Shown piece by piece: positions 39,140-47,678 of a stretch of DNA of 64,000 nucleotides. The position numbers and the translations under genes were made by a program. How positions within the stretch are numbered: the stretch's first letter is position 1; the number at the start of each line of letters is the position of its first letter. Under the pieces are notes generated by a model. That model was given only the letters and a program-made list of their open reading frames with translations, was not told the DNA's origin and did no database searches. The stretch is from Candidatus Latescibacterota bacterium (GTDB lineage Bacteria > Latescibacterota > UBA2968 > GCA-2709665): assembly GCA_963662665.2 (NCBI GenBank), contig CAXXJS010000010.1:352001-416000 (forward strand), read 5' to 3'.

Positions 39140-40600
39140 TCATCCCCAGCGGCTGATGGTGACCTTTTGACGAGTGAAGAAGGAGACGCCTTCGTGACCC
39201 TGAACGTGCAGGTCGCCGAAGAAGGAGTTGTTCCAGCCGGAGAACGGAAAGAAGGCCATGGGCGCCGGAACGCCGGTGTTGATGCCCACCATGCCCGCAT
39301 TGATGCGGTGGCGGAACTCTCGGGCGGCGCCTCCGCTTTCCGTAAAGAGCACGGCGGCGTTGCCATAACCGCTGTTGTTACAGGTTTCGATAGCGGCATC
39401 CAGGTCATCTGTGTGCATCACCGACAGAACCGGGCCGAAGATTTCGTCCCGGGCGATCTGCATCCGGGGCTGTACGCGATCGAAGACGGTCGGACCCAGA
39501 TAAAAGCCGTTGGGGCAGGCATCCACGGCCACGTCGCGCCCGTCGACGATCAGGTCGGCGCCCTCGGAAAGGCCGGTCCGGATGGAAGCCCGCACTCTTT
39601 CCAGGTGTTGCGGCGTAACCAGCGGACCCATCTCGGCATCGGCATCTCTGTCGGTCGGGCCAACACGGAGACTGCGGGCCGCATCCCGGAGGAGCGGCAG
39701 AAACCGTTCGGCGGCGTTGTGGGCGCACACGAGCACGCTGCCCGCCATGCACCGCTCTCCCGCGCAGCCGTACGCGGAACCCATAACGGCATCTATAGTG
39801 GCCTCCGGTTCGGCATCCGGAAGGACGACCATAAAGTTCTTTGCGCCACCTGCGGATTGTACGCGTTTCCCGTTGCGCGTTGCGGTTTCGTAGATGTACC
39901 TGGCCACGGGAGTGGAGCCAACGAAAGACACCGTGCGTACCCCGGGATTGTCGAGCAGGGCATCCACGGCTTCACGTCCGCCGTGAACGAGATTCAGAAC
40001 TCCGGGAGGCAGGCCGGCTTCCTCCAGGAGTTCCACCAGGCGGATGGCGCTCAGGGGAACCTTCTCGGACGGCTTGAGAACAAAGGTGTTCCCGCAGACG
40101 AGTGCTACGGGCAGGGTCCAAAGCGGCACCATAACGGGAAAATTGAACGGGGTGACGGCCGCGCAGACGCCCAGGGGTTGTCGAATCGTGTCGCAGTCTA
40201 TGCCGGCCGCGATGTTCTCCAGGGCTTCGCCCATCAGTAGAGACGGCGCCCCGCAGGCAAATTCCACGACTTCAATACCGCGTCGGACCGAGCCTCTGGC
40301 CTCGTCGAGGGTTTTGCCGTGTTCTCTGGTGACGATCCTGGAGAGGTCTTCGAAGTGTGCTTCCAGGAGGTCCTTGAAGCGGAACATGAGCCGTGCGCGG
40401 TCCACGGCCGGGGTTTCGGCCCAGTCCGGAAACGCGGTGCTTGCGGCTCCGACGGCGCGGTCAATTTCATCTGCGCCGCACATGGGCGTTGCGGAGATCT
40501 GTATCCCTTCCGACGGGTTGTACACCGGTTCCGTCCCGGTGCGGGCGGATTCAACCCATTCCCCGTTGATGAACAGCGGACAGGGCTCTAGTGCGGGCAT
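39140..40600 (-). CDS. mmsA: CoA-acylating methylmalonate-semialdehyde dehydrogenase
   Basis: PFNFP, KPSE, FVGSTPVA, GGAKN, AGERCMA and EIFGPV motifs. Confidence 0.9.
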   Translation of the reverse strand: MPALEPCPLFINGEWVESARTGTEPVYNPSEGIQISATPMCGADEIDRAVGAASTAFPDWAETPAVDRARLMFRFKDLLEAHFEDLSRIVTREHGKTLDEARGSVRRGIEVVEFACGAPSLLMGEALENIAAGIDCDTIRQPLGVCAAVTPFNFPVMVPLWTLPVALVCGNTFVLKPSEKVPLSAIRLVELLEEAGLPPGVLNLVHGGREAVDALLDNPGVRTVSFVGSTPVARYIYETATRNGKRVQSAGGAKNFMVVLPDAEPEATIDAVMGSAYGCAGERCMAGSVLVCAHNAAERFLPLLRDAARSLRVGPTDRDADAEMGPLVTPQHLERVRASIRTGLSEGADLIVDGRDVAVDACPNGFYLGPTVFDRVQPRMQIARDEIFGPVLSVMHTDDLDAAIETCNNSGYGNAAVLFTESGGAAREFRHRINAGMVGINTGVPAPMAFFPFSGWNNSFFGDLHVQGHEGVSFFTRQKVTISRWG

Positions 40601-40717
40601 TGCGGAATCTCCTGTTTCTATACGCAGACGACGGGCACAAGGGCGGAGGGTTACAGAAGTGCTTTCTCACGGTCCGCGCCGGTGGTGATGCTGTAACAGG
40701 GCGCGTTGCAAATCGCT

Positions 40718-41470
40718 TCACGTGTCCTGGATTTCAACGGTATCCGGGCGTCTTCCAACAGAAGGAGGCGCCATCAGGCGCCGCTGCCGGTCCGAGAGGT
40801 CAGGGTATTCTTCGGGGTCGTAATATCCCTGGGACCACGCCGAGTGCCCGGGGCTGTACTTGTAGAGCAGGGCGCGGCGATCGTAATCCGCCGTCCAGGG
40901 CTTCGTCCCGTGGATAAGGGCCTCCGTAAAGATGAGTGCGTCGCCGGCGTCCGCTTCGGGCTGTACCACGTAGTGGGCGTCGCGTTCGAATCTCCGGACG
41001 TCCCGGGGAAGGCGGTCGACGAAGTTGGACTTGTGGCTTCCCGGTATGCAGGCAAATCCGCCGTCTCCGGCACTCGCGGGAGAGAGAAAGTAGGTAACCA
41101 CGGTCAGCCCGTTGCGCATCACGCCGTCGCGATATTTGTACCAGTGGTCCGCCTCGGTGTCGGTTTCGCCGCCGTGCAGACCGCCGCGCGCCGCCCCTTT
41201 CTTCATAAAAATGCAGTAGTCGTGGTCGATACGGAATTTCGGGCCCAGCAACTCGACCAGGTACGGCACGATCTTATGGTGGTCCATCAGTGCCTGAAAT
41301 TCGGGCCCCCATTGAGAGACGCGCCCGATCGTGCTCGTGCCAGGGTCGCCGTTTTCGGAAGCGAACCCGTCCGCAACGGCGTTCAACGACTTCATCTCGT
41401 CCCCGGTGAGTACGTCCTTTACAATCAGGTAGCCTTCCAGGTCGAAGCTGAATTTTTCTTCGTCAGTCAC
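40718..41470 (-). CDS. PhyH-family Fe(II)/2-oxoglutarate enzyme
   Basis: FDLEGY, IPGSHK, GDALIFTEALIHG and RRA. Proximal motif is HGG rather than HxD. Confidence 0.85.
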   Translation of the reverse strand: MTDEEKFSFDLEGYLIVKDVLTGDEMKSLNAVADGFASENGDPGTSTIGRVSQWGPEFQALMDHHKIVPYLVELLGPKFRIDHDYCIFMKKGAARGGLHGGETDTEADHWYKYRDGVMRNGLTVVTYFLSPASAGDGGFACIPGSHKSNFVDRLPRDVRRFERDAHYVVQPEADAGDALIFTEALIHGTKPWTADYDRRALLYKYSPGHSAWSQGYYDPEEYPDLSDRQRRLMAPPSVGRRPDTVEIQDT

Positions 41471-41534
41471 GGTCCTGGTCCCATTGCAGATTTCAGGGAT
41501 GACAGCAGAAACGCGATGTCACTTTTTCCTGCGT

Positions 41535-42977
41535 TCAGTGGACCCGGAACGCAGGCGTTTCGCCGGGAACCGGCGAGTTGTCGAAGGCGCCCCGGTTGCG
41601 TACGGCCGCTTCGCCGCCGAAAGACGCGATTTTCGCCAGTTGGTCCGTCCTGGCGCGCGCATCGGTGGCTTCGGGGTCCAGAAGTTCGTGCAGCCGCCGC
41701 TCGAAAAACGCCAGAGTGGATTGATGGTCCGGAGAACCCGAGAGGTCTGCTGTTTCAGTTGGATCGTCTATGAGGTTGAAGAGTTGCGGTGGCTCGTTCA
41801 CGTAGTGGATATACTTCCAGGTCCTGTCGCGGAGCATGTATGTGGCATTACGGGAGCCAACGGCGTGGTATTCGCTGAAAACGGTTCGATTCTCGTTGGC
41901 ATTCCTGGCGATCTGCCAGAGAGAACTGCCGGGGAGGCACTGGCGTTCCTGCGCGGCGCCGGCGCACTCCAGCACGGTGGGAAAGCAGTCCACAAGGGAT
42001 ACCGGCGTGTGCGCAGCACGGCCCGGCGGAACGTCGGGACCGGCCAGGATGAGCGGAACCGACGCGGCTTCCTCGTACATCGTGAATTTCCCGAACAGGC
42101 CGCGGGCGCCCAGGGATTCCCCGTGGTCCGACGTATAAAGGACACGCGTGGTGTCAGCAAGGTCCTGTTCGTCCAGTGCGTTCAGTACCCGTCCGATCTG
42201 CCGGTCCAGGTGAGTACAGGCGCCGTAATAGGCGGCGGTGAGATTGCGCAATTCGGATTCGGAAAACGGCCGGTCGTAGTTGAAGAACCGTCGGAAGCGC
42301 CGGATCGCCGGATGGGCGGGCCAGTCGTCCGGATGCCATTGCGGGGGTAGAGGGAGCGATTCCGGAGGGTAGATTTCAAAGAGTTCCGTCGGCGCGATGT
42401 AGGGCGGGTGGGGGCAGACGAATGACAGGAACAACACCCATGGCTTCTCGTCGTCCCGATGCTCTGCCAGCCAGGCGCACGCGTGGTCGGCGTTCGAAAC
42501 GTCGTATTGAAGATAGGTGGAATCGCCGGGGCCGGCGTTGCGGATGCCCGAACGTTTGTCACGGAACGGCGGCTGTTCCCGAATGCAACTCAGGATGTCC
42601 CCCACGCCATCCACGACGTGCAGCGGATCGATTTCCTCTGTGAAACCGTTATCGTCCTGTGCGGCACGGAAGTGGAGTTTGCCAATAGAAGTAACCTGGA
42701 ATCCCTGCTCCCGGAGACAGTGGCCCCAGCTGGGTACGCCGCCATCGTAAGCGAACGCGTTGTCCCAGTTCCCGGTCTGATGGACGTATCGTCCCGTCGC
42801 AAGGGAGGCGCGTGCGGGCACGCAAATGGGGCAGTTCGTATAGGCGCTGGTGAACCGGGTGCCTCGCCGGGCGAGACTGTCTATATTCGGCGTCCGGACG
42901 ATCGGGTGGCCGTAGCAGCCCGTGATGTCCCGTGTATGCTGATCGGACAGGATGAACAACAGGTTGGCGGGGTTCAT
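41535..42977 (-). CDS. Cys-type sulfatase (choline-sulfatase-like)
   Basis: SDQH, CVPAR, GKLH and SDHGE motifs. Confidence 0.9.
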   Translation of the reverse strand: MNPANLLFILSDQHTRDITGCYGHPIVRTPNIDSLARRGTRFTSAYTNCPICVPARASLATGRYVHQTGNWDNAFAYDGGVPSWGHCLREQGFQVTSIGKLHFRAAQDDNGFTEEIDPLHVVDGVGDILSCIREQPPFRDKRSGIRNAGPGDSTYLQYDVSNADHACAWLAEHRDDEKPWVLFLSFVCPHPPYIAPTELFEIYPPESLPLPPQWHPDDWPAHPAIRRFRRFFNYDRPFSESELRNLTAAYYGACTHLDRQIGRVLNALDEQDLADTTRVLYTSDHGESLGARGLFGKFTMYEEAASVPLILAGPDVPPGRAAHTPVSLVDCFPTVLECAGAAQERQCLPGSSLWQIARNANENRTVFSEYHAVGSRNATYMLRDRTWKYIHYVNEPPQLFNLIDDPTETADLSGSPDHQSTLAFFERRLHELLDPEATDARARTDQLAKIASFGGEAAVRNRGAFDNSPVPGETPAFRVH

Positions 42978-43183
42978 CGTCCCGGTTCCTCAGGGGAATC
43001 CATCTCTACTTCGATCTGATCGGCGGGGATCCATACGACTTTTCCATCTTTCCACGTTACGACGGAACACCCGTTGCGTTTGTGCTGCAGGAGCGCTTCA
43101 CGAACCGCTTCCTTCAAGGCGTTGTCAATCAGTGTGCCTTCCTTGAATATTTTACCGATGTCTTTTTTGGATGACCTTCTCAC
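42974..43183 (-). CDS. small partner protein of the zeta-toxin-like ATPase (putative antitoxin)
   Basis: 69 aa, starts 4 bp after the ATPase stop. Pattern AVREALLQHKRNG..VVTWKDGKVV is typical of these partners. Confidence 0.65.
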   Translation of the reverse strand: MRRSSKKDIGKIFKEGTLIDNALKEAVREALLQHKRNGCSVVTWKDGKVVWIPADQIEVEMDSPEEPGR

Positions 43184-43187
43184 AGTC

Positions 43188-43766
43188 TTATATACCTTCT
43201 TCTATGTGTGTCCACAGATTGACGTCCCGGACTTCGATATCAGCCGTGCTTTCTCCCATTGAGATCAAACGGGGACCCGAGGTTGCAGTGTTATCGTAAA
43301 AACGCCAATCGTTCGCAACTGGGCGGTACAGTCTGAAAAAGTTACGTAGCCCGGAGTGGTACCGCCGTCGAATTGTTGAGTCAGGAACGTCGTGACCTCC
43401 TGCTATTACCCGCGCCGCAACTCGCGCGATAGCAACTTCCGGATCAGGCAACCATAAAAATGTCAGATGGAAGACATATCCGTTTTGTTTAAGACGGCGT
43501 ATCCACGGCGCAAAACTGCGGCTCGCGAGCGTCGACTCAAACGCAAAATCCGCTCGTCTTGACGCCAGATCTCTGAGCCGCCGTAACATCACGCGGCCCG
43601 CCTGAAGAGCGGCTGACTCCGGGTGGAACCCCGACAGTCCCGATGCGATGGCGTCGGCGTTGACGAATTCGGATACATCCAGCGTATCTCGCAATAGCTG
43701 TGGGGCCGCCGTGCTCTTACCGGCGCCGTTGGGTCCTCCGATAAGGACGAGTTGCGGGTTCGACAT
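43188..43766 (-). CDS. zeta-toxin-family P-loop ATPase (COG4185-like)
   Basis: Walker A GPNGAGKST, FVNAD, FESTL and RVxxGGHDVP. Confidence 0.85.
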   Translation of the reverse strand: MSNPQLVLIGGPNGAGKSTAAPQLLRDTLDVSEFVNADAIASGLSGFHPESAALQAGRVMLRRLRDLASRRADFAFESTLASRSFAPWIRRLKQNGYVFHLTFLWLPDPEVAIARVAARVIAGGHDVPDSTIRRRYHSGLRNFFRLYRPVANDWRFYDNTATSGPRLISMGESTADIEVRDVNLWTHIEEGI

Positions 43767-44053
43767 AGCCAGGCACGGATTCGTCAAGAGGGATACGTTA
43801 CCAGTCGTTTGCGTACGGCAGGATAGCGAGCGTCAATATAAGATATTGGATCACCACGTCGCAAGGCATTTGACTGTAGCGGGCGTTTGTTCGGTTCCGG
43901 CGCACACTTTGATCGCTCGCACCTGTACTACTGGTTGAAGTGGATGATTGATCCTTGAAAGCGGTTTTCCCAGGCACTATATTATTGTTGAATATGGATA
44001 CTTTGGTCGTGCCGGCTGAAAACGGTAACCGGCTTCCTCGAAAGGCGATTGAG

Positions 44054-44782
44054 ATGACCCGACTCAGCGTGAACGTAAACAAGGTGGCGCTGCTCCGAAA
44101 CACCCGAACGATCGGCATACCAAGCGTGACCCGCGCCGCCCGGGTCTGCATCGATGCCGGAGCGTACGGAATCACCGTTCATCCGCGGCCGGACCAACGG
44201 CACATCCGGCCCTCCGACGTGTACGAATTGAACGCGCTCGTCTCGGACGTGGAATTCAACATCGAGGGGAATCCATTCGAGGCGGGGTACCTGGAGATCG
44301 TGCGTAACGTGAAGCCCACGCAGTGCACGCTGGTGCCGGACTCTCCCGACGCGTTTACATCGGACCAGGGCTGGGATCTTTCCAGAGAAGGGGATCGCCT
44401 GAAGCCCGTCATTCAGGAGTTGAAAGCCCTGGGAAGCCGGGTAAGCCTGTTTATGGATTACGACTCGGATGAGATCCCGCGCGCGGCGATGGTGGGGGCG
44501 GACCGGATCGAACTTTATACGGAGCCCTATGCGGATGCGTTTCGGGAGAACGAGGATCCGGAGGGGGTTTTCCAGGGATACGCGAAGGCGGCGGCAACAG
44601 CCCGTGACGCGGGCCTTGGCGTCAACGCGGGGCACGACCTTAACCTGGAGAACCTGGGCACGTTCTGTTCCATACCTGGCATTCTGGAAGTATCGATCGG
44701 GCACGCGCTGATCGGAGAGGCGCTGGAGATGGGGTTGGCGAACACGGTGAAGGCCTACCTGGATATCCTTGCGAAGTCATGA
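44054..44782 (+). CDS. pdxJ: pyridoxine 5'-phosphate synthase
   Basis: LSVNVNKVALLRN, ITVHPRPDQRHI, NAGHDL and EVSIGHALI motifs. Confidence 0.95.
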   Translation: MTRLSVNVNKVALLRNTRTIGIPSVTRAARVCIDAGAYGITVHPRPDQRHIRPSDVYELNALVSDVEFNIEGNPFEAGYLEIVRNVKPTQCTLVPDSPDAFTSDQGWDLSREGDRLKPVIQELKALGSRVSLFMDYDSDEIPRAAMVGADRIELYTEPYADAFRENEDPEGVFQGYAKAAATARDAGLGVNAGHDLNLENLGTFCSIPGILEVSIGHALIGEALEMGLANTVKAYLDILAKS

Positions 44783-45967
44783 CCGGGAGTGAAGACCCCC
44801 CGCGTGCAGGTCCATGGCCAGGCTGCGGTAGTTTCGAATGCGATGGATCGTGCAGAGGTCGGCGTCGTGCTGGTCGCCTGAGTCCCGGCTGGTGCGTGAG
44901 AGCAAGACGATATCGTCCCCGTCTACGACGGCGCTGGGATACATGAAGCTGCGATAGACGTTGTCCGGCCAGCGGGCTACGCAGCCGGCCGGGAACCAGT
45001 TGAGACAGTCGATCCCGTAGTGCAGGTAGAGCCACCGCCGTTCGTTACCCGGACCTCCGTGGTAACCGGATTCGCGCATTCGTTCGCGCCAGCCCAGAAT
45101 GTCCTGAGAGTTGGTGATGAGGTTGCTCAACATCCAGTACATGGATTCTGAACGATCGTGGATAACGTAGAACTTGCACTGCGCGCCCGGCCAGGCCGCG
45201 AATTGCGTAAAACTCATTTGGTGCGCCCCCGGATCGTAGTCGAAAACCGCCGCAACGTGGGCTGCCGCATATTCGTCGAAGACGCAGCGGCAGAAGGCGC
45301 GAATGCGGCCGTTGACTTCAACGGTATTCGGCTCCAGCCAGACAAGCGGATCTTTCCAGCCCCCGGAAAGTTGCGGCCGGTTGCCGTCGGGAAAGAGGTT
45401 GCGGGTCATTGCGGCGGGAATTTCCGGCTGCCGCACGATATTGGAGAGTGTCCATGCTCCCGGATCCAGGGGTGACATGCTCCGGTCCACTCGGAGCATC
45501 GTTTTTCCGCCATGCCCATGGTCGGGCAGGTCCCAGTCCATTGCCCAATAGAGCGCCTCGGGGCGGAGAACACGGGACGTGGAGATATTCCAGATGGGAC
45601 CCTCAATGACGGTTACGGGGTCGGTCCAGCTTTCGCCTTTATCTTCGCTGGTTACAACGAGGAAGTCTTTGTGGCATTTTTCCTGGACGAACATAAGAAG
45701 CCGGCCGTCCAGCACGAAGGGGGTGGCCTCTTCGTAGGGCAGTCCCGGGAGTTCCTCCCAGGTGAGGCCGCCGTCTGTGCTCCTGAGCAGTCTGAGCCGC
45801 CTGCAAAAATCCCAACCGGGGCGGTGCCACTGCGGCGCGGCCAGCAGCAGCGTACCGTCGTCAAGGCGGGCCAGGTCGGGGTCGTGGAAGAAATACTGCA
45901 TCGGATCGGGCACGCGTGCGGCAATGACGAAGTCCTGGGCGAGCGGTTGAACGTTGGGATTGGACAT
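44777..45967 (-). CDS. BNR/Asp-box (sialidase-like) beta-propeller protein
   Basis: Asp-boxes STDGGLTW and SEDKGESW. Confidence 0.7.
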   Translation of the reverse strand: MSNPNVQPLAQDFVIAARVPDPMQYFFHDPDLARLDDGTLLLAAPQWHRPGWDFCRRLRLLRSTDGGLTWEELPGLPYEEATPFVLDGRLLMFVQEKCHKDFLVVTSEDKGESWTDPVTVIEGPIWNISTSRVLRPEALYWAMDWDLPDHGHGGKTMLRVDRSMSPLDPGAWTLSNIVRQPEIPAAMTRNLFPDGNRPQLSGGWKDPLVWLEPNTVEVNGRIRAFCRCVFDEYAAAHVAAVFDYDPGAHQMSFTQFAAWPGAQCKFYVIHDRSESMYWMLSNLITNSQDILGWRERMRESGYHGGPGNERRWLYLHYGIDCLNWFPAGCVARWPDNVYRSFMYPSAVVDGDDIVLLSRTSRDSGDQHDADLCTIHRIRNYRSLAMDLHAGGLHSRS

Positions 45968-46017
45968 AGGATTCTCCGCACTGAATTTTGGATTTAGTCT
46001 ATGAATGAGGGGGCATT

Positions 46018-46761
46018 ATGGACCAGGAACAGAAATATCTCTTCGACCTGCAGGGTTATATCGTACTTGAACAGGTGGTACCGCCGGCGCTGGTAGCGGC
46101 CTGCAACGCCGCGCTCGACCGGTTCGAGGCCATGGAGGCGGCGGATTACCCTCCGCCGGTGGTATTGGGCCAGGAGCGCACGCCGGAGAACCTCTATATT
46201 TCAAACATCATGGAGGGCGACGACGCGTTTCTGCCGCTGATGGAACTTCCCGAATTGCTGGATGCCGTCGAAGGCGTCACAGGCGGTCCGTACCGTCTCA
46301 ACCACACGTACACCATCTATCGCTGGGGCGGCGGCTATACGGGAATGCACATGCACGGCACGCCGATCCTCCCCAAATGCCAGTATCGTTGCCGCAACGG
46401 CCAGATGGTGTCGACCCTGACCAAGGCGGTCTTCCCAATGCTCGATTGCGGGCCCGAAGACGGCTGCTTCGCGGTCATCCCGGGGGCGCACAAGAGCAAT
46501 TTTGCAAAACCCTGGGGCGGCCACCCCAGTGAAAACCCGCCCCTGCAGGCCGTTCCGGCGCGCGCCGGCGACGCCATTCTGTTCACGGAAGCGCTCACTC
46601 ACGGGTCCACGGTAAACGTGTCCGGACGCCCGCGTCGCTCGCTCTATTATTGCTACAGCATCGGCTATATGCCCGATTGGGGCGGCCAGCACCTGCGCTT
46701 CAGCCCCGGCCTGGCCGACCGTCTCAGCCCGTCACAACAGGAGATTATCGCGCTGAAATAG
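46018..46761 (+). CDS. PhyH-family Fe(II)/2-oxoglutarate enzyme (second paralog)
   Basis: FDLQGY, IPGAHK and GDAILFTEALTHG. Proximal motif is HMHGT. Confidence 0.85.
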   Translation: MDQEQKYLFDLQGYIVLEQVVPPALVAACNAALDRFEAMEAADYPPPVVLGQERTPENLYISNIMEGDDAFLPLMELPELLDAVEGVTGGPYRLNHTYTIYRWGGGYTGMHMHGTPILPKCQYRCRNGQMVSTLTKAVFPMLDCGPEDGCFAVIPGAHKSNFAKPWGGHPSENPPLQAVPARAGDAILFTEALTHGSTVNVSGRPRRSLYYCYSIGYMPDWGGQHLRFSPGLADRLSPSQQEIIALK

Positions 46762-46780
46762 CGGAAAATCAGACAAGAAT

Positions 46781-46810
46781 CTCACACAAAGACACGAAGA
46801 CACAAAGAGA
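46781..46810 (+). repeat. short interspersed repeat, copy 1
   Basis: CTCACACAAAGACACGAAGACACAAAGAGA, 25/30 identical to 52993-53022. Confidence 0.65.
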
Positions 46811-46909
46811 ATCTCAGTATTGAGCTTCCGGTCGCCAGCCAGCCCTGCAATCGATACGGCGTGGCGAATTCAATCGATCGACCTAAACGCCCGCATTTAA
46901 CCTGTACTT

Positions 46910-46937
46910 GTAGGGGCGGTTCGCGAACCGCCCCTAC
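46910..46937. repeat. GTAG-family REP-like perfect palindrome
   Basis: GTAGGGGCGGTTCG|CGAACCGCCCCTAC. Confidence 0.8.
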
Positions 46938-46966
46938 GTGCGCCGATTTTCCCGTTCTTCTGCCGT

Positions 46967-47365
46967 TCATCGTCTTCGTTTATACGCCTTCCCGTGTCCC
47001 TCCCGGATCAGGACCTTCGCCAGGTTGGACCCGTCCTGCAGCCTGACCGTGGCCACGACGCGCCCGGAGAAGTTGCCTTGCTTCACATTCTCCAGGTAAA
47101 CGGTTTTCCCGATCCGTTTCCGGACGAAGTCGCGTGCCAGCAGTGCGCGTCGCTTCTCCGACTTGCTCTTCGTCTGAATTTCCGGCGTATCCACACCCCG
47201 CACGCGCACCTTTCCTCGCCATGTCAGGCCCGGCCAGAGGACGACGTCCACGGTCATCGTATCGCCGTCGTAGACGGAAACAACCGTCGCCTCATGCCTG
47301 GGGTACAACGATGGTCTTGCGTCGGCCGTCGAAATCAAGGCAAGATAAACGAGAATCCATACCAT
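46967..47365 (-). CDS. thermonuclease (staphylococcal nuclease-like), 132 aa
   Basis: AGGAG RBS and hydrophobic N-terminus. Catalytic residues are intact: DGDT, RVRGVDTPE, GRVVA. Confidence 0.88.
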   Translation of the reverse strand: MVWILVYLALISTADARPSLYPRHEATVVSVYDGDTMTVDVVLWPGLTWRGKVRVRGVDTPEIQTKSKSEKRRALLARDFVRKRIGKTVYLENVKQGNFSGRVVATVRLQDGSNLAKVLIREGHGKAYKRRR

Positions 47366-47405
47366 AGCACGCTCCTGAATGTGGCTTGAGAAACGGAAAC
47401 GCAAC

Positions 47406-47434
47406 AGTATATTGCAATCGCATCGGGCTGTCAA
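47406..47434 (-). promoter_or_regulatory. near-consensus sigma70 promoter of the nuclease
   Basis: Minus strand TTGACA-17 nt-TATACT. Confidence 0.7.
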
Positions 47435-47551
47435 CCTTCGGGCGGAGCATGCAGGCTGAGTTGCCACCGCGAAACAACGCAAGCATTTGGAAGTGCCGGT
47501 TGGGAAGATCTCAGAGACTCGCGAATCCGCCTTCCGGTGTACCGGCACCAT

Positions 47552-47566
47552 TCAATCATTGTGCCA
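47552..47566 (-). promoter_or_regulatory. candidate sigma54 (-24/-12) promoter
   Basis: Minus strand TGGCAC-AATGA-TTGA against consensus TGGCAC-N5-TTGC. Confidence 0.6.
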
Positions 47567-47637
47567 ACCCGTCATGCTCGGTTGACACGCGGATTGAGCA
47601 CACGTAGCACCAAGACGATTTTAGTACACACCATAAG

Positions 47638-47661
47638 AAATCTTGTGATACCACAAGATTT
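47638..47661. promoter_or_regulatory. palindromic operator or upstream activator sequence
   Basis: AAATCTTGTG-ATAC-CACAAGATTT. It overlaps a possible promoter TTGTGA-17 nt-TATATT (47643-47671) of the regulator. Confidence 0.65.
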
Positions 47662-47678
47662 TTTGTATATTGCAGCCT

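Noticed and set aside
38027-40240. 737-aa plus-strand ORF and other long antisense ORFs (e.g. 28666-29742, 54239-55570, 60741-61961)
   Set aside because: These are shadows of well-supported opposite-strand genes in GC-rich DNA and carry no motifs.
46781-46810. CRISPR repeat
   Set aside because: Only two diverged copies 6 kb apart, with no regular spacers and no cas genes.
47366-47551. 62-aa N-terminal extension of the nuclease given in the ORF track
   Set aside because: It overlaps both predicted promoters, and the RBS plus hydrophobic N-terminus support ATG 47365.
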